DNA of 64,000 nt, taken from NCBI GenBank assembly GCA_029559515.1, contig JAKQBO010000007.1:11878-75877 (forward strand), written 5' to 3'. A program made the position numbers and the translations under genes. Origin of the DNA: a bacterium. Lineage in GTDB: Bacteria > Patescibacteriota > Minisyncoccia > Minisyncoccales > UBA1441. Positions 28,553-38,807 of this stretch are shown piece after piece. Within the stretch, counting starts at the first letter, position 1; every line of letters starts with the position of its first letter. The notes under the pieces are model-generated. The model worked only from the letters and a program-made list of their open reading frames with translations, had not been told where the DNA came from and did not search any database.

Positions 28553-29770
28553 TTAATTAATAATCTCTTTTAATAATTCAACTGCTTTATCAAGCTGTTT
28601 GTCTTCGCCCTTCTCTAAATACTCTTCCAGGTTAAGTTCGACGGTGATGTCGGGCTCCAAGCCGACTCCTTCAATTAAGTGTCCGCTTGGCGTTAACCAT
28701 TTGGCAATCGTAATCTTAACCATCGATCCATCCCTCAGGTTGAAGGTCTGCTGAACCGACCCCTTGCCAAAAGACTGTTCGCCAATAATCCTTAAATTAC
28801 GATTATCGCGCAAGGCTCCAGCGAGTATTTCCGAGCCTGAAGCGCTGCCTTGATTTATCAGGATCAATGTTGGATAAGGAGCTAATTTTGCATTTCCCCG
28901 AGATCGAAACTCCTGACGTTCTCCCGACCCAAACTCTTCAATGGCCACTAAATTTCCCATCGGCAGAAACCACCCCGCAACATCAATGGCGACATCAAGG
29001 TAGCCGCCCGGATTATTTCTCAAATCAAGGATTATGCCTTGGGCCGGACTTTTTATAATTTCCGCAGCCACCTCTTGAAAGTTTTGAACTAAACCCTGGT
29101 GAAAATGATAAATCTCAAGATGAGCGATGGATCCGTCAATCAGCTCCCAAGCAACCGATGGAATTTGGATAACATCCCGAATTAAAGGAAATTCTCTTTC
29201 ATCAAAGACATCCGGTCGACGGATGGTCAGCACTACTTCGGTTCCCTTAACTCCTCGGATTAGTTGAACTGCCTCATCAACGCCCATGTCGTAGGTGGAC
29301 ATATCATCAATTTTGATTATTTGGTCGCCTGGCTGCAGCCCGGCTTTCTCAGCCGGAGTGTCCTTAATCGGGGCCACGACCGTTATGATTCCTTGTCGCA
29401 AGCCAACCTCCATGCCAACTCCTTCAATCTCGCCCGACAGATCTTCCTGAAATTTTAAAGACTCTTGAGGGTCAAAAAAGACCGTATACGGATCGCCGAC
29501 AGATTCAATCATACCTGAGATTGCTCCATAAACCATTCTTTCTCGGTCTAGGTCGCTGGCTTCCATGTATTCTTTTTCGACATGGTTCCAGGCCTCCCAA
29601 AAAGTAGACAAATCAATGCCGTCCGGCGGAACAATTTCCGGGCCGCAAATTATCTGGCTTTGATGAGTCAAAAATAATCCCAAAGTCAGGGCTCCGATAA
29701 TCAGGCCGAGTATAAAAAATCCCCAGGGCTGGCGGGATCTTTCTTGTGGTGTTAGATCTTCTGTTTCCAT
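28553..29770 (-). CDS. ctpA: carboxyl-terminal processing protease (S41, PDZ)
   Basis: DPYT, PDZ domain, LDLRNNPGG, SASGSEILAGALRD, SFGKGSVQ; start moved to ATG 29770 because 29809 lies inside tRNA-Lys. Confidence 0.92.
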   Translation of the reverse strand: METEDLTPQERSRQPWGFFILGLIIGALTLGLFLTHQSQIICGPEIVPPDGIDLSTFWEAWNHVEKEYMEASDLDRERMVYGAISGMIESVGDPYTVFFDPQESLKFQEDLSGEIEGVGMEVGLRQGIITVVAPIKDTPAEKAGLQPGDQIIKIDDMSTYDMGVDEAVQLIRGVKGTEVVLTIRRPDVFDEREFPLIRDVIQIPSVAWELIDGSIAHLEIYHFHQGLVQNFQEVAAEIIKSPAQGIILDLRNNPGGYLDVAIDVAGWFLPMGNLVAIEEFGSGERQEFRSRGNAKLAPYPTLILINQGSASGSEILAGALRDNRNLRIIGEQSFGKGSVQQTFNLRDGSMVKITIAKWLTPSGHLIEGVGLEPDITVELNLEEYLEKGEDKQLDKAVELLKEIIN

Positions 29771-29782
29771 GACAATTGAGAG

Positions 29783-29854
29783 TGGGTCCGGTGCGACTCG
29801 AACGCACAACTTACTGCTTAAAAGGCAGTTACTCTACCATTGAGTTACGGACCC
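29783..29854 (-). tRNA. tRNA-Lys(TTT), CCA not encoded
   Basis: Acceptor stem GGGTCCG/CGGACCC; anticodon arm ACTGC-CTTTTAA-GCAGT; GTTCGAGTC T loop. Confidence 0.95.
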
Positions 29855-29869
29855 TGGGTCAATTTTAGG

Positions 29870-30946
29870 CTATAAACCTTCTTTTTGCAACTTTCTCAGC
29901 AGCTCTTGCTGAGCCTTGGTCAGTCGCTTGGGCGTTTCTATTTTCAAGTGCAGATAGAGATCTCCCCGACCCAGACGGCCATAGTGAGGCACTCCTTCAT
30001 TCCTAATTTTGATTAACTGGCCGGATTCAGCGCCCCGAGGGATGCCGACTTTAATTTCTTGGCCAGCCAGAGTTTTAAACTTAACCGAGTCTCCCAAAAC
30101 TGCCTGAGAAAAACTAATTGGCAAGAGACTAAGTAAGTTGTCTCCTTGACGAACGAAACGTTCGTTTTCCTTAACAATAATCTTAAGATAGAGATCGCCA
30201 GCTGTCTGGCCCCTTAATCCAGCATGCCCTTGCTGGCTGAACTTTAATATCTGGTTATTATCAACCCCGGCCGGAAGAGGAACCTCGATGGTCACTTTTT
30301 CTTTGACTCTCCCCTGTCCCCGGCATATATTACATGGCTTTTGGGGAGCAAATCCAGTTCCCTGACATTCTGGACAAGTACTGTAGTGAGTCATGCTACC
30401 AAAAATAGTTCTCTTAACCTGATGGACCTGTCCTGTTCCTCGACAAGCAGAACACTTATCCAGGCTCGTGCCCGGCTCGTTCCCCTGTCCTTGACAGCGC
30501 TGGCAAACTACCTGCTTGTGAAGAGAAATTTTCTTCTTCTGCGATTGAAGAGTTTCTGAAAGATCTATCTCCAGCGAAGCATGAATGTCTTCGCCTCGGC
30601 TAGGCTGGCTTCGGCGACTCTCTTGGCGGAAAGCAAAATCAAACAAGTCGCCCCAGTCAAACTCATCAAATATGTGACCAAAGTCGTTTTGATTAAAGCC
30701 AAAACCAAAGGGAGCTCCCGAGCCCCCAGCTGACTGATAACCAGAAAAACCCGAGCCAAAACGATCGTATTCGGCTCTTTTCTTGTCGTCCGACAAGACC
30801 CGGTAAGCCTGGCTGATTTTCTTAAACTTTTCTCCATCACCGCCCTTATCGGGATGATATTGATGAGCCAGGCGACGATAAGCCTTTTTAATCTCGTCCT
30901 TGGAAGAGTTACGATTAACTCCTAAAATTTGATAATAGTCCTCCAT
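29870..30946 (-). CDS. dnaJ: chaperone DnaJ
   Basis: J domain with HPD, G/F-rich region and four CxxCxGxG motifs. Confidence 0.97.
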   Translation of the reverse strand: MEDYYQILGVNRNSSKDEIKKAYRRLAHQYHPDKGGDGEKFKKISQAYRVLSDDKKRAEYDRFGSGFSGYQSAGGSGAPFGFGFNQNDFGHIFDEFDWGDLFDFAFRQESRRSQPSRGEDIHASLEIDLSETLQSQKKKISLHKQVVCQRCQGQGNEPGTSLDKCSACRGTGQVHQVKRTIFGSMTHYSTCPECQGTGFAPQKPCNICRGQGRVKEKVTIEVPLPAGVDNNQILKFSQQGHAGLRGQTAGDLYLKIIVKENERFVRQGDNLLSLLPISFSQAVLGDSVKFKTLAGQEIKVGIPRGAESGQLIKIRNEGVPHYGRLGRGDLYLHLKIETPKRLTKAQQELLRKLQKEGL

Positions 30947-30952
30947 AACCCA

Positions 30953-32866
30953 TTAGGAATTATCTTCCTCGGACGGAGTGCCGGATGAGCCAGGCTGATC
31001 ATCATGAGCCTCTGGCTCGGGGTCTTTCGGTTGGGAATCTGACGGCTCGCCGGCTTGGTTTTGGCTTTGTTGATACAGCGCCGCACCAATCTTTTGTAAT
31101 ATCTGCTGGACCTCTTCCGATTTTTTCTCGATCTCTTCCAGATTGTCTTCCTGCTTGACCTTCTCCAGCTCGGATATCTTCGCCTCAGCTTCTTTCTGGT
31201 CAGCTGCTGAAATTTTATCTTTCATTTCTTTCAGTGTTTTTCTCCCGCTATAAACCAAAGCATCGGCTTGATTCTTGGCCTCGATGAGCTTTTTCTTTTG
31301 CTCATCCTGGCTAGCATATTCCTGTTCTTCTTTTTTCATTCTTTCAATTTCTTCTTTCGAAACGCTCGCTGAGCCTTCAATTCGAATTGATTGCTCTTTA
31401 TTGGTTCCCTTGTCTTTAGCCGAAACATTCAGAATGCCATTGGCATCAATATCGAAGGTTACCTCGATCTGAGGAATGCCTCTCGGAGCAGGAGGAATAC
31501 CGTCTAGAATAAAGCGCCCCAGACTCCTATTGTCGCTGGCCATCGCTCGCTCTCCCTGAAGAATGTGAATTTCTACCGAACCTTGATTATCAGCCGCTGT
31601 TGAAAAGATCTGACTCTTTTGGGTGGGCAAAGTGGTGTTTTTATCGATTAGCTTGGTCATGACCCCGCCGAGCGTTTCAATGCCCAGCGAGAGAGGAACA
31701 ACATCTAGCAAAAGAACGTCTTTCATCTCGCCTTGGAGGATGCCTCCCTGAACAGCGGCTCCAATGGCGACCACCTCGTCTGGATTAATCGAGCGATTTG
31801 GTTCTTTGCCAAACATCTTTTCAATCTCTTGTTGAATTTTGGGCATTCGAGTCTGTCCGCCAACTAGCACAATCTCCTCAATGTCTTTTGCCTCGAGTTC
31901 GGCATTGGCTAAAACATCCTTGGTGATTTTAAGAGATCGCTCAATGTACTCGCTCACCATCTCTTCTAAATCAGCCCGGCTCAAAGAGTAAAGCAGATGC
32001 TTCGGTCCTTCGTCAGTCGAGGTGATAAAGGGCAGATTGATTTCAGTTTCCATAGTTGTCGACAACTCAATCTTAGCCTTTTCCGCCGCATCCTTAATTC
32101 TTTGAAGAGCCAGCAAGTCTTTAGCAAGATCGACTCCTTCATCTTGTTTAAAGCGCCGAAGAACCCAATCAATAATCTTCTGATCAAAGTCGTTACCCCC
32201 GAGATGGGTGTCTCCCCCGGTTGCCTTGACCTCAATCGTATCATCACCAATATCCAGTACCGAGACATCAAAAGTTCCACCACCAAAGTCATAAACCAGA
32301 ATTTGCTCGTCTTTTTTCTTGATTAAACCGTAGGCCAAAGCCGCGGCTGTCGGTTCGTTAATAATTCGACGAACCTTTAATCCAGCAATCTCACCAGCCG
32401 CTTTAGTTTCCTGCCGCTGATCGTCATTAAAGTAGGCCGGGCAGGTAATAACAGCCTCTTCTATTTTTGTGCCTAATTTTTCTTCAGCATCATTTTTCAT
32501 CTTTTCCAGAATCATTGCTGAAATCTGAACTGGTTTGTACCATTTATCGCCCATCTTAATTTCGATTCGATCACCATCAGCCTGGCGAATCTGAAAAGGG
32601 GCATGTTTTAGGTCTTCTTGGACCGTGGCATCAGAAAACTTCCGACCAATTAGGCGTTTTGTTCCGTAAACAGTGTTTTCGGAATTAGTAATGATCTGTC
32701 GCTGAGCTAAGACACCGACCAGGCGCTCCCCCTTCTTATTAAAGGCAACGACTGAAGGAGTCGTCCGAGCCCCCTCTTTGTTTTCAATAATCTTAGCCTC
32801 GCCGGCTTCAATAGCCGCCATGGCCGAAAAAGTTGTTCCTAAATCAATTCCTATAATTTTAGACAT
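30953..32866 (-). CDS. dnaK: chaperone DnaK
   Basis: [48 protein letters not shown]. Confidence 0.99.
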   Translation of the reverse strand: MSKIIGIDLGTTFSAMAAIEAGEAKIIENKEGARTTPSVVAFNKKGERLVGVLAQRQIITNSENTVYGTKRLIGRKFSDATVQEDLKHAPFQIRQADGDRIEIKMGDKWYKPVQISAMILEKMKNDAEEKLGTKIEEAVITCPAYFNDDQRQETKAAGEIAGLKVRRIINEPTAAALAYGLIKKKDEQILVYDFGGGTFDVSVLDIGDDTIEVKATGGDTHLGGNDFDQKIIDWVLRRFKQDEGVDLAKDLLALQRIKDAAEKAKIELSTTMETEINLPFITSTDEGPKHLLYSLSRADLEEMVSEYIERSLKITKDVLANAELEAKDIEEIVLVGGQTRMPKIQQEIEKMFGKEPNRSINPDEVVAIGAAVQGGILQGEMKDVLLLDVVPLSLGIETLGGVMTKLIDKNTTLPTQKSQIFSTAADNQGSVEIHILQGERAMASDNRSLGRFILDGIPPAPRGIPQIEVTFDIDANGILNVSAKDKGTNKEQSIRIEGSASVSKEEIERMKKEEQEYASQDEQKKKLIEAKNQADALVYSGRKTLKEMKDKISAADQKEAEAKISELEKVKQEDNLEEIEKKSEEVQQILQKIGAALYQQSQNQAGEPSDSQPKDPEPEAHDDQPGSSGTPSEEDNS

Positions 32867-32874
32867 TGTTGCTT

Positions 32875-33381
32875 TTATTTAATTTCTTTTTTAGCACCAG
32901 CTACCTTAACTTGAGCCGGCCTTAAGACTTCTCCATTTAACAAATATCCAGATAAAACTTCTTCGACGATCTTTCCTTCTTCTAAATCCGAATCATCAAC
33001 CTCGGCCACCGCTTCATGTCTTTTCGGATCAAAGTCTTGTCCCTCGGTTTTGATTCTAACAACTCCCCAGTCATCTAGAACATCTAAAAACCCCTTGCGG
33101 GTCTTAACCACACCATCAAAAAAAGCATCTTGGCCATACTTGTGCTCAACTTCTTTCTCTAAACGAGACAAGTTATCCAAAACAACCAGTAGATCTTTAA
33201 GAATATCACGATTGGCCTGCTTTATGAATCGTGACAATCTTTCTGATTCCAGCTTCTTATAGTTTATTAAATCTGCTCTGGCTCGTTGCCATCCCTCGAG
33301 ATATTCTTTTTTTTCTCGCTGACATTCAGCAAGCTGCTTTTTTATCTCTGATATGTTTTTATCTGGTTTCGAAGAAGACAT
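32875..33381 (-). CDS. grpE: nucleotide exchange factor GrpE
   Basis: WQRARADLINYKK, FDPKRHEAV, GYLLNGEVLRPAQVKV; start ATG 33381. Confidence 0.95.
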   Translation of the reverse strand: MSSSKPDKNISEIKKQLAECQREKKEYLEGWQRARADLINYKKLESERLSRFIKQANRDILKDLLVVLDNLSRLEKEVEHKYGQDAFFDGVVKTRKGFLDVLDDWGVVRIKTEGQDFDPKRHEAVAEVDDSDLEEGKIVEEVLSGYLLNGEVLRPAQVKVAGAKKEIK

Positions 33382-33398
33382 TATAATCAAACGAAAAG

Positions 33399-33427
33399 AT
33401 GATAACACAAGTTTTAGATACTGTCAA
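33399..33427 (-). promoter_or_regulatory. sigma70 promoter of grpE-dnaK-dnaJ
   Basis: TTGACA-17 nt-TATCAT with extended TG. Confidence 0.7.
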
Positions 33428-33439
33428 TCAGGACTTTGA

Positions 33440-34240
33440 TTAGTTTTCTTGACGGTTAGCGTAAAAGACACGTTCTTCATGACTCCCCAAATCAACATAA
33501 TCGAGTCGACTCAAATCATCATTACCCCTGGTTTGCAGGAAAAGCTCTAAGCGACGTAACTGGCCCTGGATCTCCGTGCTCCGGTTAAGAAAGATGCGCC
33601 AATCAGGATGGCCTATCTCTGGATTAACCATTATTATGGTCACTTTAAAATTATCAATTTCTATCTGACTCATATCCAGGCTTGGGAATAACGAAAGAGT
33701 CTTTTTAATCTCTTTAACCATTGACCAGATATCCTCAGAAACACTGGCCTGGCCTAATTGCACTGAAGGCGCCTGGCGCAGGATAGATAAAACAGTATAG
33801 CCTGAGGGGCAGTCGGCTATCTCTTCCAGGACGATACTTGCTTGATCTGTTAAAAAAACATCTTGGCCTAATGTTAAACATAAAAAAGGCTCCCTTTCAT
33901 CTATTTGTAGCAACAAGGTATTGGGCCAACGGCGCTGAAGCTTCACCTCCTGAATGTAAGGAAATTTTTCTTTCAGACGGCTCCCAATATCTCCCATTGG
34001 CCAGACCAAGCTACTGGACAGCCTCTGGCTGAGCCAAGGTTGAACCGCTTCCCTAATTTCTGACTCGCTCACAGCTTGGTTGCCTTCAATCAGTAAGTAC
34101 TCTTGGCGAAAAGCTTCAGAAAATAAGACCAAATAAGCTAGAAACCCCGATAAACCGAATATTATTAAGGTCTTAATGAAAATCTTTTGGCGATACCAAG
34201 GTTTTCGAAGTCTAATTTTTTTATGCCTAACAACATTCAT
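33440..34240 (-). CDS. ftsQ: FtsQ/DivIB-like POTRA cell division protein
   Basis: Basic N-terminus, TM helix, IEGNQAV, FPYIQEVKLQRRWPNTLLLQIDEREP, LDYVDLG; start ATG 34240. Confidence 0.8.
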   Translation of the reverse strand: MNVVRHKKIRLRKPWYRQKIFIKTLIIFGLSGFLAYLVLFSEAFRQEYLLIEGNQAVSESEIREAVQPWLSQRLSSSLVWPMGDIGSRLKEKFPYIQEVKLQRRWPNTLLLQIDEREPFLCLTLGQDVFLTDQASIVLEEIADCPSGYTVLSILRQAPSVQLGQASVSEDIWSMVKEIKKTLSLFPSLDMSQIEIDNFKVTIIMVNPEIGHPDWRIFLNRSTEIQGQLRRLELFLQTRGNDDLSRLDYVDLGSHEERVFYANRQEN

Positions 34241-35295
34241 ATTCTTCTCTGGCGCCGTCGATACTTTTCTACTAGATAATTGGACCAATAAAGCCAATTA
34301 AAAATTAAATCTTGGGTGGGTAAATAATCTAGACGATAGCCACCAAATCCCTTTTTAAATAAAGTTAAGCCATGATAGCCGTGACGAGGATTGTCGCTGT
34401 GGGCAATCCCCCAAAAGTTGTAGATTTGACAGCCCCGTCTCTTGGCTTCACGAATAGCCTCCCACTGAATCAGATATGACCCCGGGGCATCTTTTGGTTG
34501 TTCATTTTCGGAGGCTCCTTGATGGTAGTAAGCTGTCCCCTGATGGAAAACAATCATTGCGGAAGCAATGGGACGGCCTTCGTAGTAAGCATTCAGAACC
34601 AAAATCTCATCTTCTCGAGAAAGATGCTCTAGCTCTTTCTCTAGATAATCTAGAGAGAAGGCCCTAAAGCGGTGTCGCCCCACGGTTTGGCGATAAAGAG
34701 ATAAAAAATCCTTCAAATCCGACTTATCTTTACCTTTTTTAATGCTGAGTTTTGAATTGTTTAACCCTTTGCGAATTAAATAACGAGTCGTCTTTCTCAT
34801 GCCTTTCAATAACTCATCTTCAGCAGGGGTAATATTCAGGCACCAAGTAATTTCAGGAACAATAAAGATTGGAGCCATAATTAATCCTAGTTCTCGGAAG
34901 ATTTTTCGATCTTCTGGATTGTCCGGCCAAGCCGGCTGAATTCTGGCAAAAGCCAAGCTTTTGTTTTTTTGACAAATTCCTCTTATCTCCGAAATCAAAA
35001 TTGATAGAATTTCTGAACGACGACTCCAGTAGGCCTCGTCAATAATCGGACCATGAGGAAGAAACAGAAAATTTGCCTTGATCCCCCACCGCTTAATCAG
35101 AGGCATTTCCGTCAGCGATGCTCCGGCTACTAGCTTGGTCCCGTCAGAAACCCCCAGGAGATAAATCTTTAGCCCCATAGCCTCACGCCATTCTTGGGCC
35201 GCCCAGGACTGAAGAAAGGTCTTGTGAATGGCTCGTTCATTCAAATCCTGCCACTGAAATTTATCTTTTACCTCGACTATTGTTAGTTTCTCCAT
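34237..35295 (-). CDS. FemABX-family peptidoglycan bridge aminoacyltransferase
   Basis: TFLQSW, LPHGP, MRKTTRYLIRK, YLIQWEAIREAKRRG, YNFWGI, FKKGFGG. Confidence 0.92.
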   Translation of the reverse strand: MEKLTIVEVKDKFQWQDLNERAIHKTFLQSWAAQEWREAMGLKIYLLGVSDGTKLVAGASLTEMPLIKRWGIKANFLFLPHGPIIDEAYWSRRSEILSILISEIRGICQKNKSLAFARIQPAWPDNPEDRKIFRELGLIMAPIFIVPEITWCLNITPAEDELLKGMRKTTRYLIRKGLNNSKLSIKKGKDKSDLKDFLSLYRQTVGRHRFRAFSLDYLEKELEHLSREDEILVLNAYYEGRPIASAMIVFHQGTAYYHQGASENEQPKDAPGSYLIQWEAIREAKRRGCQIYNFWGIAHSDNPRHGYHGLTLFKKGFGGYRLDYLPTQDLIFNWLYWSNYLVEKYRRRQRRI

Positions 35296-35316
35296 GTCGC
35301 ACAATTAAACCTACCC

Positions 35317-36039
35317 TTAATCAACCTGAGATAGTTTTTGATGATATTGACAGTACTCACACTCAGGATCAGACTGAGGAATTGTTTCCGAAACCAGACA
35401 CCGATGAGCAGATTCGATCGCGTCTTCAACCCAGCCGTCGTCTCCCCGATAAGGGATAACCTCAACCTTAAATTCTAGCTGTCCGTCAAAGGCCTCTTTG
35501 TCTTTTAGGCCGTTAGCATAAACAAAGTAGGCTAAATCAGAAACCGGGAAACCATTCTGCCTTAAAAGCCACTGATAAATTTCCACCTGTCTTTTATAGC
35601 TTTGTCGGTAGCGGTCGTCAAGCGAAATCACCTCGTTGGTACTAGTCGCCTTATAGTCAACAACAATTAAGTTCCCTTCTTCGTCTTGCCAAATATCATC
35701 AACCGCCCCGTAGATAATAAAATTAGTCGGTTGATGGTGATATCGCACCCCCTTGAAGTTATTGCGCCAATTATCCATCTCTGGGTGCTGAAAGGGTATC
35801 GCCTTAATTCCATAGGCCTTCATCAACGGATGAGAGCTTCGGTCACTTCGATAAAAATCAAACTCCTTCTTCATCAAAGCATCAACGGCCATGTTCAAGG
35901 TAAAGCCCGGCATTGAAGGTCTTTTAATGCCTCGCTTCATCTCGAGATAAAAACATCGGGGGCACTCCAAAAATTTCTCTAAGCGGCTACGACTTATTAA
36001 AAAGGGCTCTTTTGATTTTGAATCAAATGTTTTTTTCAC
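35317..36039 (-). CDS. PD-(D/E)XK nuclease (RecB/Cas4-like)
   Basis: SRSRLEKFLECPRCFY, GAVDD, VVDYK, QVEIY, C-terminal CEYC. Confidence 0.88.
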   Translation of the reverse strand: MKKTFDSKSKEPFLISRSRLEKFLECPRCFYLEMKRGIKRPSMPGFTLNMAVDALMKKEFDFYRSDRSSHPLMKAYGIKAIPFQHPEMDNWRNNFKGVRYHHQPTNFIIYGAVDDIWQDEEGNLIVVDYKATSTNEVISLDDRYRQSYKRQVEIYQWLLRQNGFPVSDLAYFVYANGLKDKEAFDGQLEFKVEVIPYRGDDGWVEDAIESAHRCLVSETIPQSDPECEYCQYHQKLSQVD

Positions 36040-36245
36040 TTTTGGGAAAATTTCTGATTAATTTTTTTAACTTCCAGTTCGGCCGACTTTATTTTAGAGC
36101 GGCAAATTTCTATCAACTCGTAAGCTCTCTTCAGCTTTTCAGACAGATGATCAATGTCAACTGTTTCGTCCTGCAGACTCTTAAGAATTTCATCCAGTTC
36201 TTCAAGGGCCTTCTGATAAGATATTGTTTTTTTATTTTGAACCAT
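36036..36245 (-). CDS. xseB: exodeoxyribonuclease VII small subunit
   Basis: SYQKALEELDEIL...LIEICRSKIKSAELEV; downstream of xseA. Confidence 0.92.
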   Translation of the reverse strand: MVQNKKTISYQKALEELDEILKSLQDETVDIDHLSEKLKRAYELIEICRSKIKSAELEVKKINQKFSQK

Positions 36246-36249
36246 GTTT

Positions 36250-37569
36250 TTAATTTAATTTATTAACAGAACTCTTAATTTTTCCCCGAAAAAGGACTGT
36301 TTCTATCTGATCTCCCTTCTTGATCTGCTGAGCGCTTTTCAGAGAACGGCCTTGAAAGCGAGTGACGCTGAATCCTCTCTTCAGGATGTTCTTCGGATCA
36401 AGCAGCTTGAGCCGCTCTTCGATTCCGGTCTGCTGTTTTCTTGCCTCTTGAAAGATTGCTTCAACTGCTTTACCGATATTGTCGCTCAAGAGATCAATTT
36501 TTTGTCTGTTCTGAAGATAGACTCGAGCTGAATCTCTTTGAAGCCAATCACTGCAACTGGAGATTTTATGATCAGCCAAACTGATCAAGTATTTCCCCTG
36601 TCGCTGAACTAGCAATCTTTGACTGTCAACCATCTGCCGAGCCTGATTCAGGCCAACCCGGCTCCTCTGCTCTATCTGCGTGGCGTAATAATCTACTCTC
36701 AGATTAAATGATTTTACTCTTTCAATCAAGAACTCAGCAACAGCCGTTGGTGTCGCCAAATAGTGATGCGCGACCAAGTCGGCTATGCTGACGTTGGTAA
36801 AATGGCCGATGCCCGTTAAAACTGGCCGAGAAAAATTAGCAATTGCTTCGGTTATTAACTGGCTGTCAAACCAGCTTAAGTCGGCTGTCGCTCCGCCCCC
36901 GCGGACGATAGCAAGCAGATCGATCTGGTCGATCATCGTTTCAAAAAATCTTATACCGGCCACAATATCTTTTTCTGTTCGCGCCCCTTGAACATTGGCC
37001 TGATAAAAGAAAACCTTAAAGGCCAAGCCGCTGTCGGCTAGTTTGGCAACAAAGTCGTGATAGCCTTCTCCTTCGTTAGTAATTAAACCGATTCTTAGAG
37101 GAACCAATGAAAGGCTTAAGGCTTTGTTCTTTTTTAGAAGGCCCCTCTCTTCTAGAGATTTAATAATGCGCTGTCGGTTCTGAGCCAACTGGCCTACAGT
37201 AAACGAGGGATCAATGTCTTCAACTGTTAAAAGATAACTGCCCGAACGAGCGCTAACAGATAATCGAACCTTGAGTCGGACCTCTAGGCCGTCCATGCCC
37301 TTTAACCGAATTCCCGCATCTTTTAGTCTCTGGCGCAGCCTGGCCTTTCTTGATTCATACAGGACGCATCTAATAGAAGAGAGGGTTTCATCTTTCGCCT
37401 TGTCTTTTTCGCTTAACTGAAAATAGATGTTGAAGCGCCGGGCGTTCTTATCAAAATCACTCAATTCACCCTGTACCCAAATAGGATAAGGACAGGATCC
37501 CTCGATAACTTCTTTAATGATTTGATTTAATTCAAAGACCCGATAAGTTTTGTGAGCGTCATCCATCAT
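36250..37569 (-). CDS. xseA: exodeoxyribonuclease VII large subunit
   Basis: WVQGELS, RIGLIT, VQG, VRGGG, TGIGH, TPTAVAE, LKRGFS; start about 37569. Confidence 0.93.
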   Translation of the reverse strand: MMDDAHKTYRVFELNQIIKEVIEGSCPYPIWVQGELSDFDKNARRFNIYFQLSEKDKAKDETLSSIRCVLYESRKARLRQRLKDAGIRLKGMDGLEVRLKVRLSVSARSGSYLLTVEDIDPSFTVGQLAQNRQRIIKSLEERGLLKKNKALSLSLVPLRIGLITNEGEGYHDFVAKLADSGLAFKVFFYQANVQGARTEKDIVAGIRFFETMIDQIDLLAIVRGGGATADLSWFDSQLITEAIANFSRPVLTGIGHFTNVSIADLVAHHYLATPTAVAEFLIERVKSFNLRVDYYATQIEQRSRVGLNQARQMVDSQRLLVQRQGKYLISLADHKISSCSDWLQRDSARVYLQNRQKIDLLSDNIGKAVEAIFQEARKQQTGIEERLKLLDPKNILKRGFSVTRFQGRSLKSAQQIKKGDQIETVLFRGKIKSSVNKLN

Positions 37570-38776
37570 AATATTTAGCGGAGCCAATCTCTTGGGGGAA
37601 ATTAGTCTCCCCTTCCTTAGCGGGAGCACCATAGCCCGCCTCTTTCATTAGGTTGGTAACTGGGTTTCGTAGATGCATCGGTACCCCAAAAGACCCCCGG
37701 CGAGCGTCATCTTTAGCTTTCATCAGAGCGTTGTAAGCTGTTCGGTTCTTGGGAGCTTTCGCCAAGTAAACTGTTCCGTGAGCCAGGCTAATCTGCGCCT
37801 CAGGCAAGCCAACAAAATCAACTGCCTGAACAACGGCTGCGGCTACCTGAACTGCTTCTGGGTCGGCTAGGCCTACATCTTCTGAAGCAAAAATTATCAT
37901 GCGGCGGGCAATAAATTTTGGATCTTCCCCTGATTCAATCATTCGGGCCAGCCAATAGAGGGCAGCGTCAACATCCGAGGCCCTCATGCATTTAATAAAA
38001 GCTGAAATTAAATTGTAATGCTCTTCGCCTTTCTTGTCATAGCGCAGGGCTCTTTGCTTTAAGGCTTCTTTAATCTCCTTCTCGTTAATTTCCTGATGAC
38101 CAATGCTCTTAAGATATAAGGCGGCAAACTCCAACCCGTTGAGAGCAGCCCGAGCATCGCCATCGGCATAAGAAACCAAATATTCAACGGCTTTTGGATC
38201 GATTTTAAGATTCAACTGACCTAATCCCCTATCTGAATCTTCAAGCGCCCGAATAATAATTTTTTTCAGCGTCTCTTCGTTGAGTGGTTTCAGGATATAA
38301 ACAGTTGAACGAGACAATAGTGGCGCGATAACCTCAAAAGAGGGATTTTCAGTCGTCGCTCCGATTAAAGTGATGGTCCCTCTTTCAACATGGGGCAATA
38401 AAATATCCTGCTGGGCTTTATTAAAGCGATGGATTTCGTCGATGAAGACAATCGTTTTTTTGTTTTCAAACTTCAGCCGGTCGGCGGCCCTTTCAATCGC
38501 CTGGCGGACCTCTTTAACGCCGGTCGCCACCGCCGAAAATTCGTCAAAATGAGCATCTATCGCCCGGGCAATTAAATAGGCCAAAGTGGTCTTACCTGAG
38601 CCAGGCGGGCCCCAAAAAATAAGTGACTCTAAATGCTCCGTTTCAACGGCTCGGCGGAGCGGGCTCTCAGGCCCAATAATCTCGTCTTGGCCTAAAAACT
38701 CAGAAAAGTCAGCTGGTCTCATCCGATCAGCCAAGGGAGCTTGCTTTTTCAGATGATCTGAAAACAAGTCAGCCAT
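37559..38776 (-). CDS. rarA: replication-associated recombination protein A
   Basis: [45 protein letters not shown]. Confidence 0.96.
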   Translation of the reverse strand: MADLFSDHLKKQAPLADRMRPADFSEFLGQDEIIGPESPLRRAVETEHLESLIFWGPPGSGKTTLAYLIARAIDAHFDEFSAVATGVKEVRQAIERAADRLKFENKKTIVFIDEIHRFNKAQQDILLPHVERGTITLIGATTENPSFEVIAPLLSRSTVYILKPLNEETLKKIIIRALEDSDRGLGQLNLKIDPKAVEYLVSYADGDARAALNGLEFAALYLKSIGHQEINEKEIKEALKQRALRYDKKGEEHYNLISAFIKCMRASDVDAALYWLARMIESGEDPKFIARRMIIFASEDVGLADPEAVQVAAAVVQAVDFVGLPEAQISLAHGTVYLAKAPKNRTAYNALMKAKDDARRGSFGVPMHLRNPVTNLMKEAGYGAPAKEGETNFPQEIGSAKYYDG

Positions 38777-38807
38777 TACATTTATTCTACTTGATTGGCT
38801 GACGAAA

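Noticed and set aside
29771-29809. N-terminal extension of the S41 protease
   Set aside because: It overlaps tRNA-Lys; ATG 29770 is the plausible start
35317-36039. Cas4-like gene as evidence of CRISPR-Cas
   Set aside because: No repeat-spacer array or other cas genes were seen in the window
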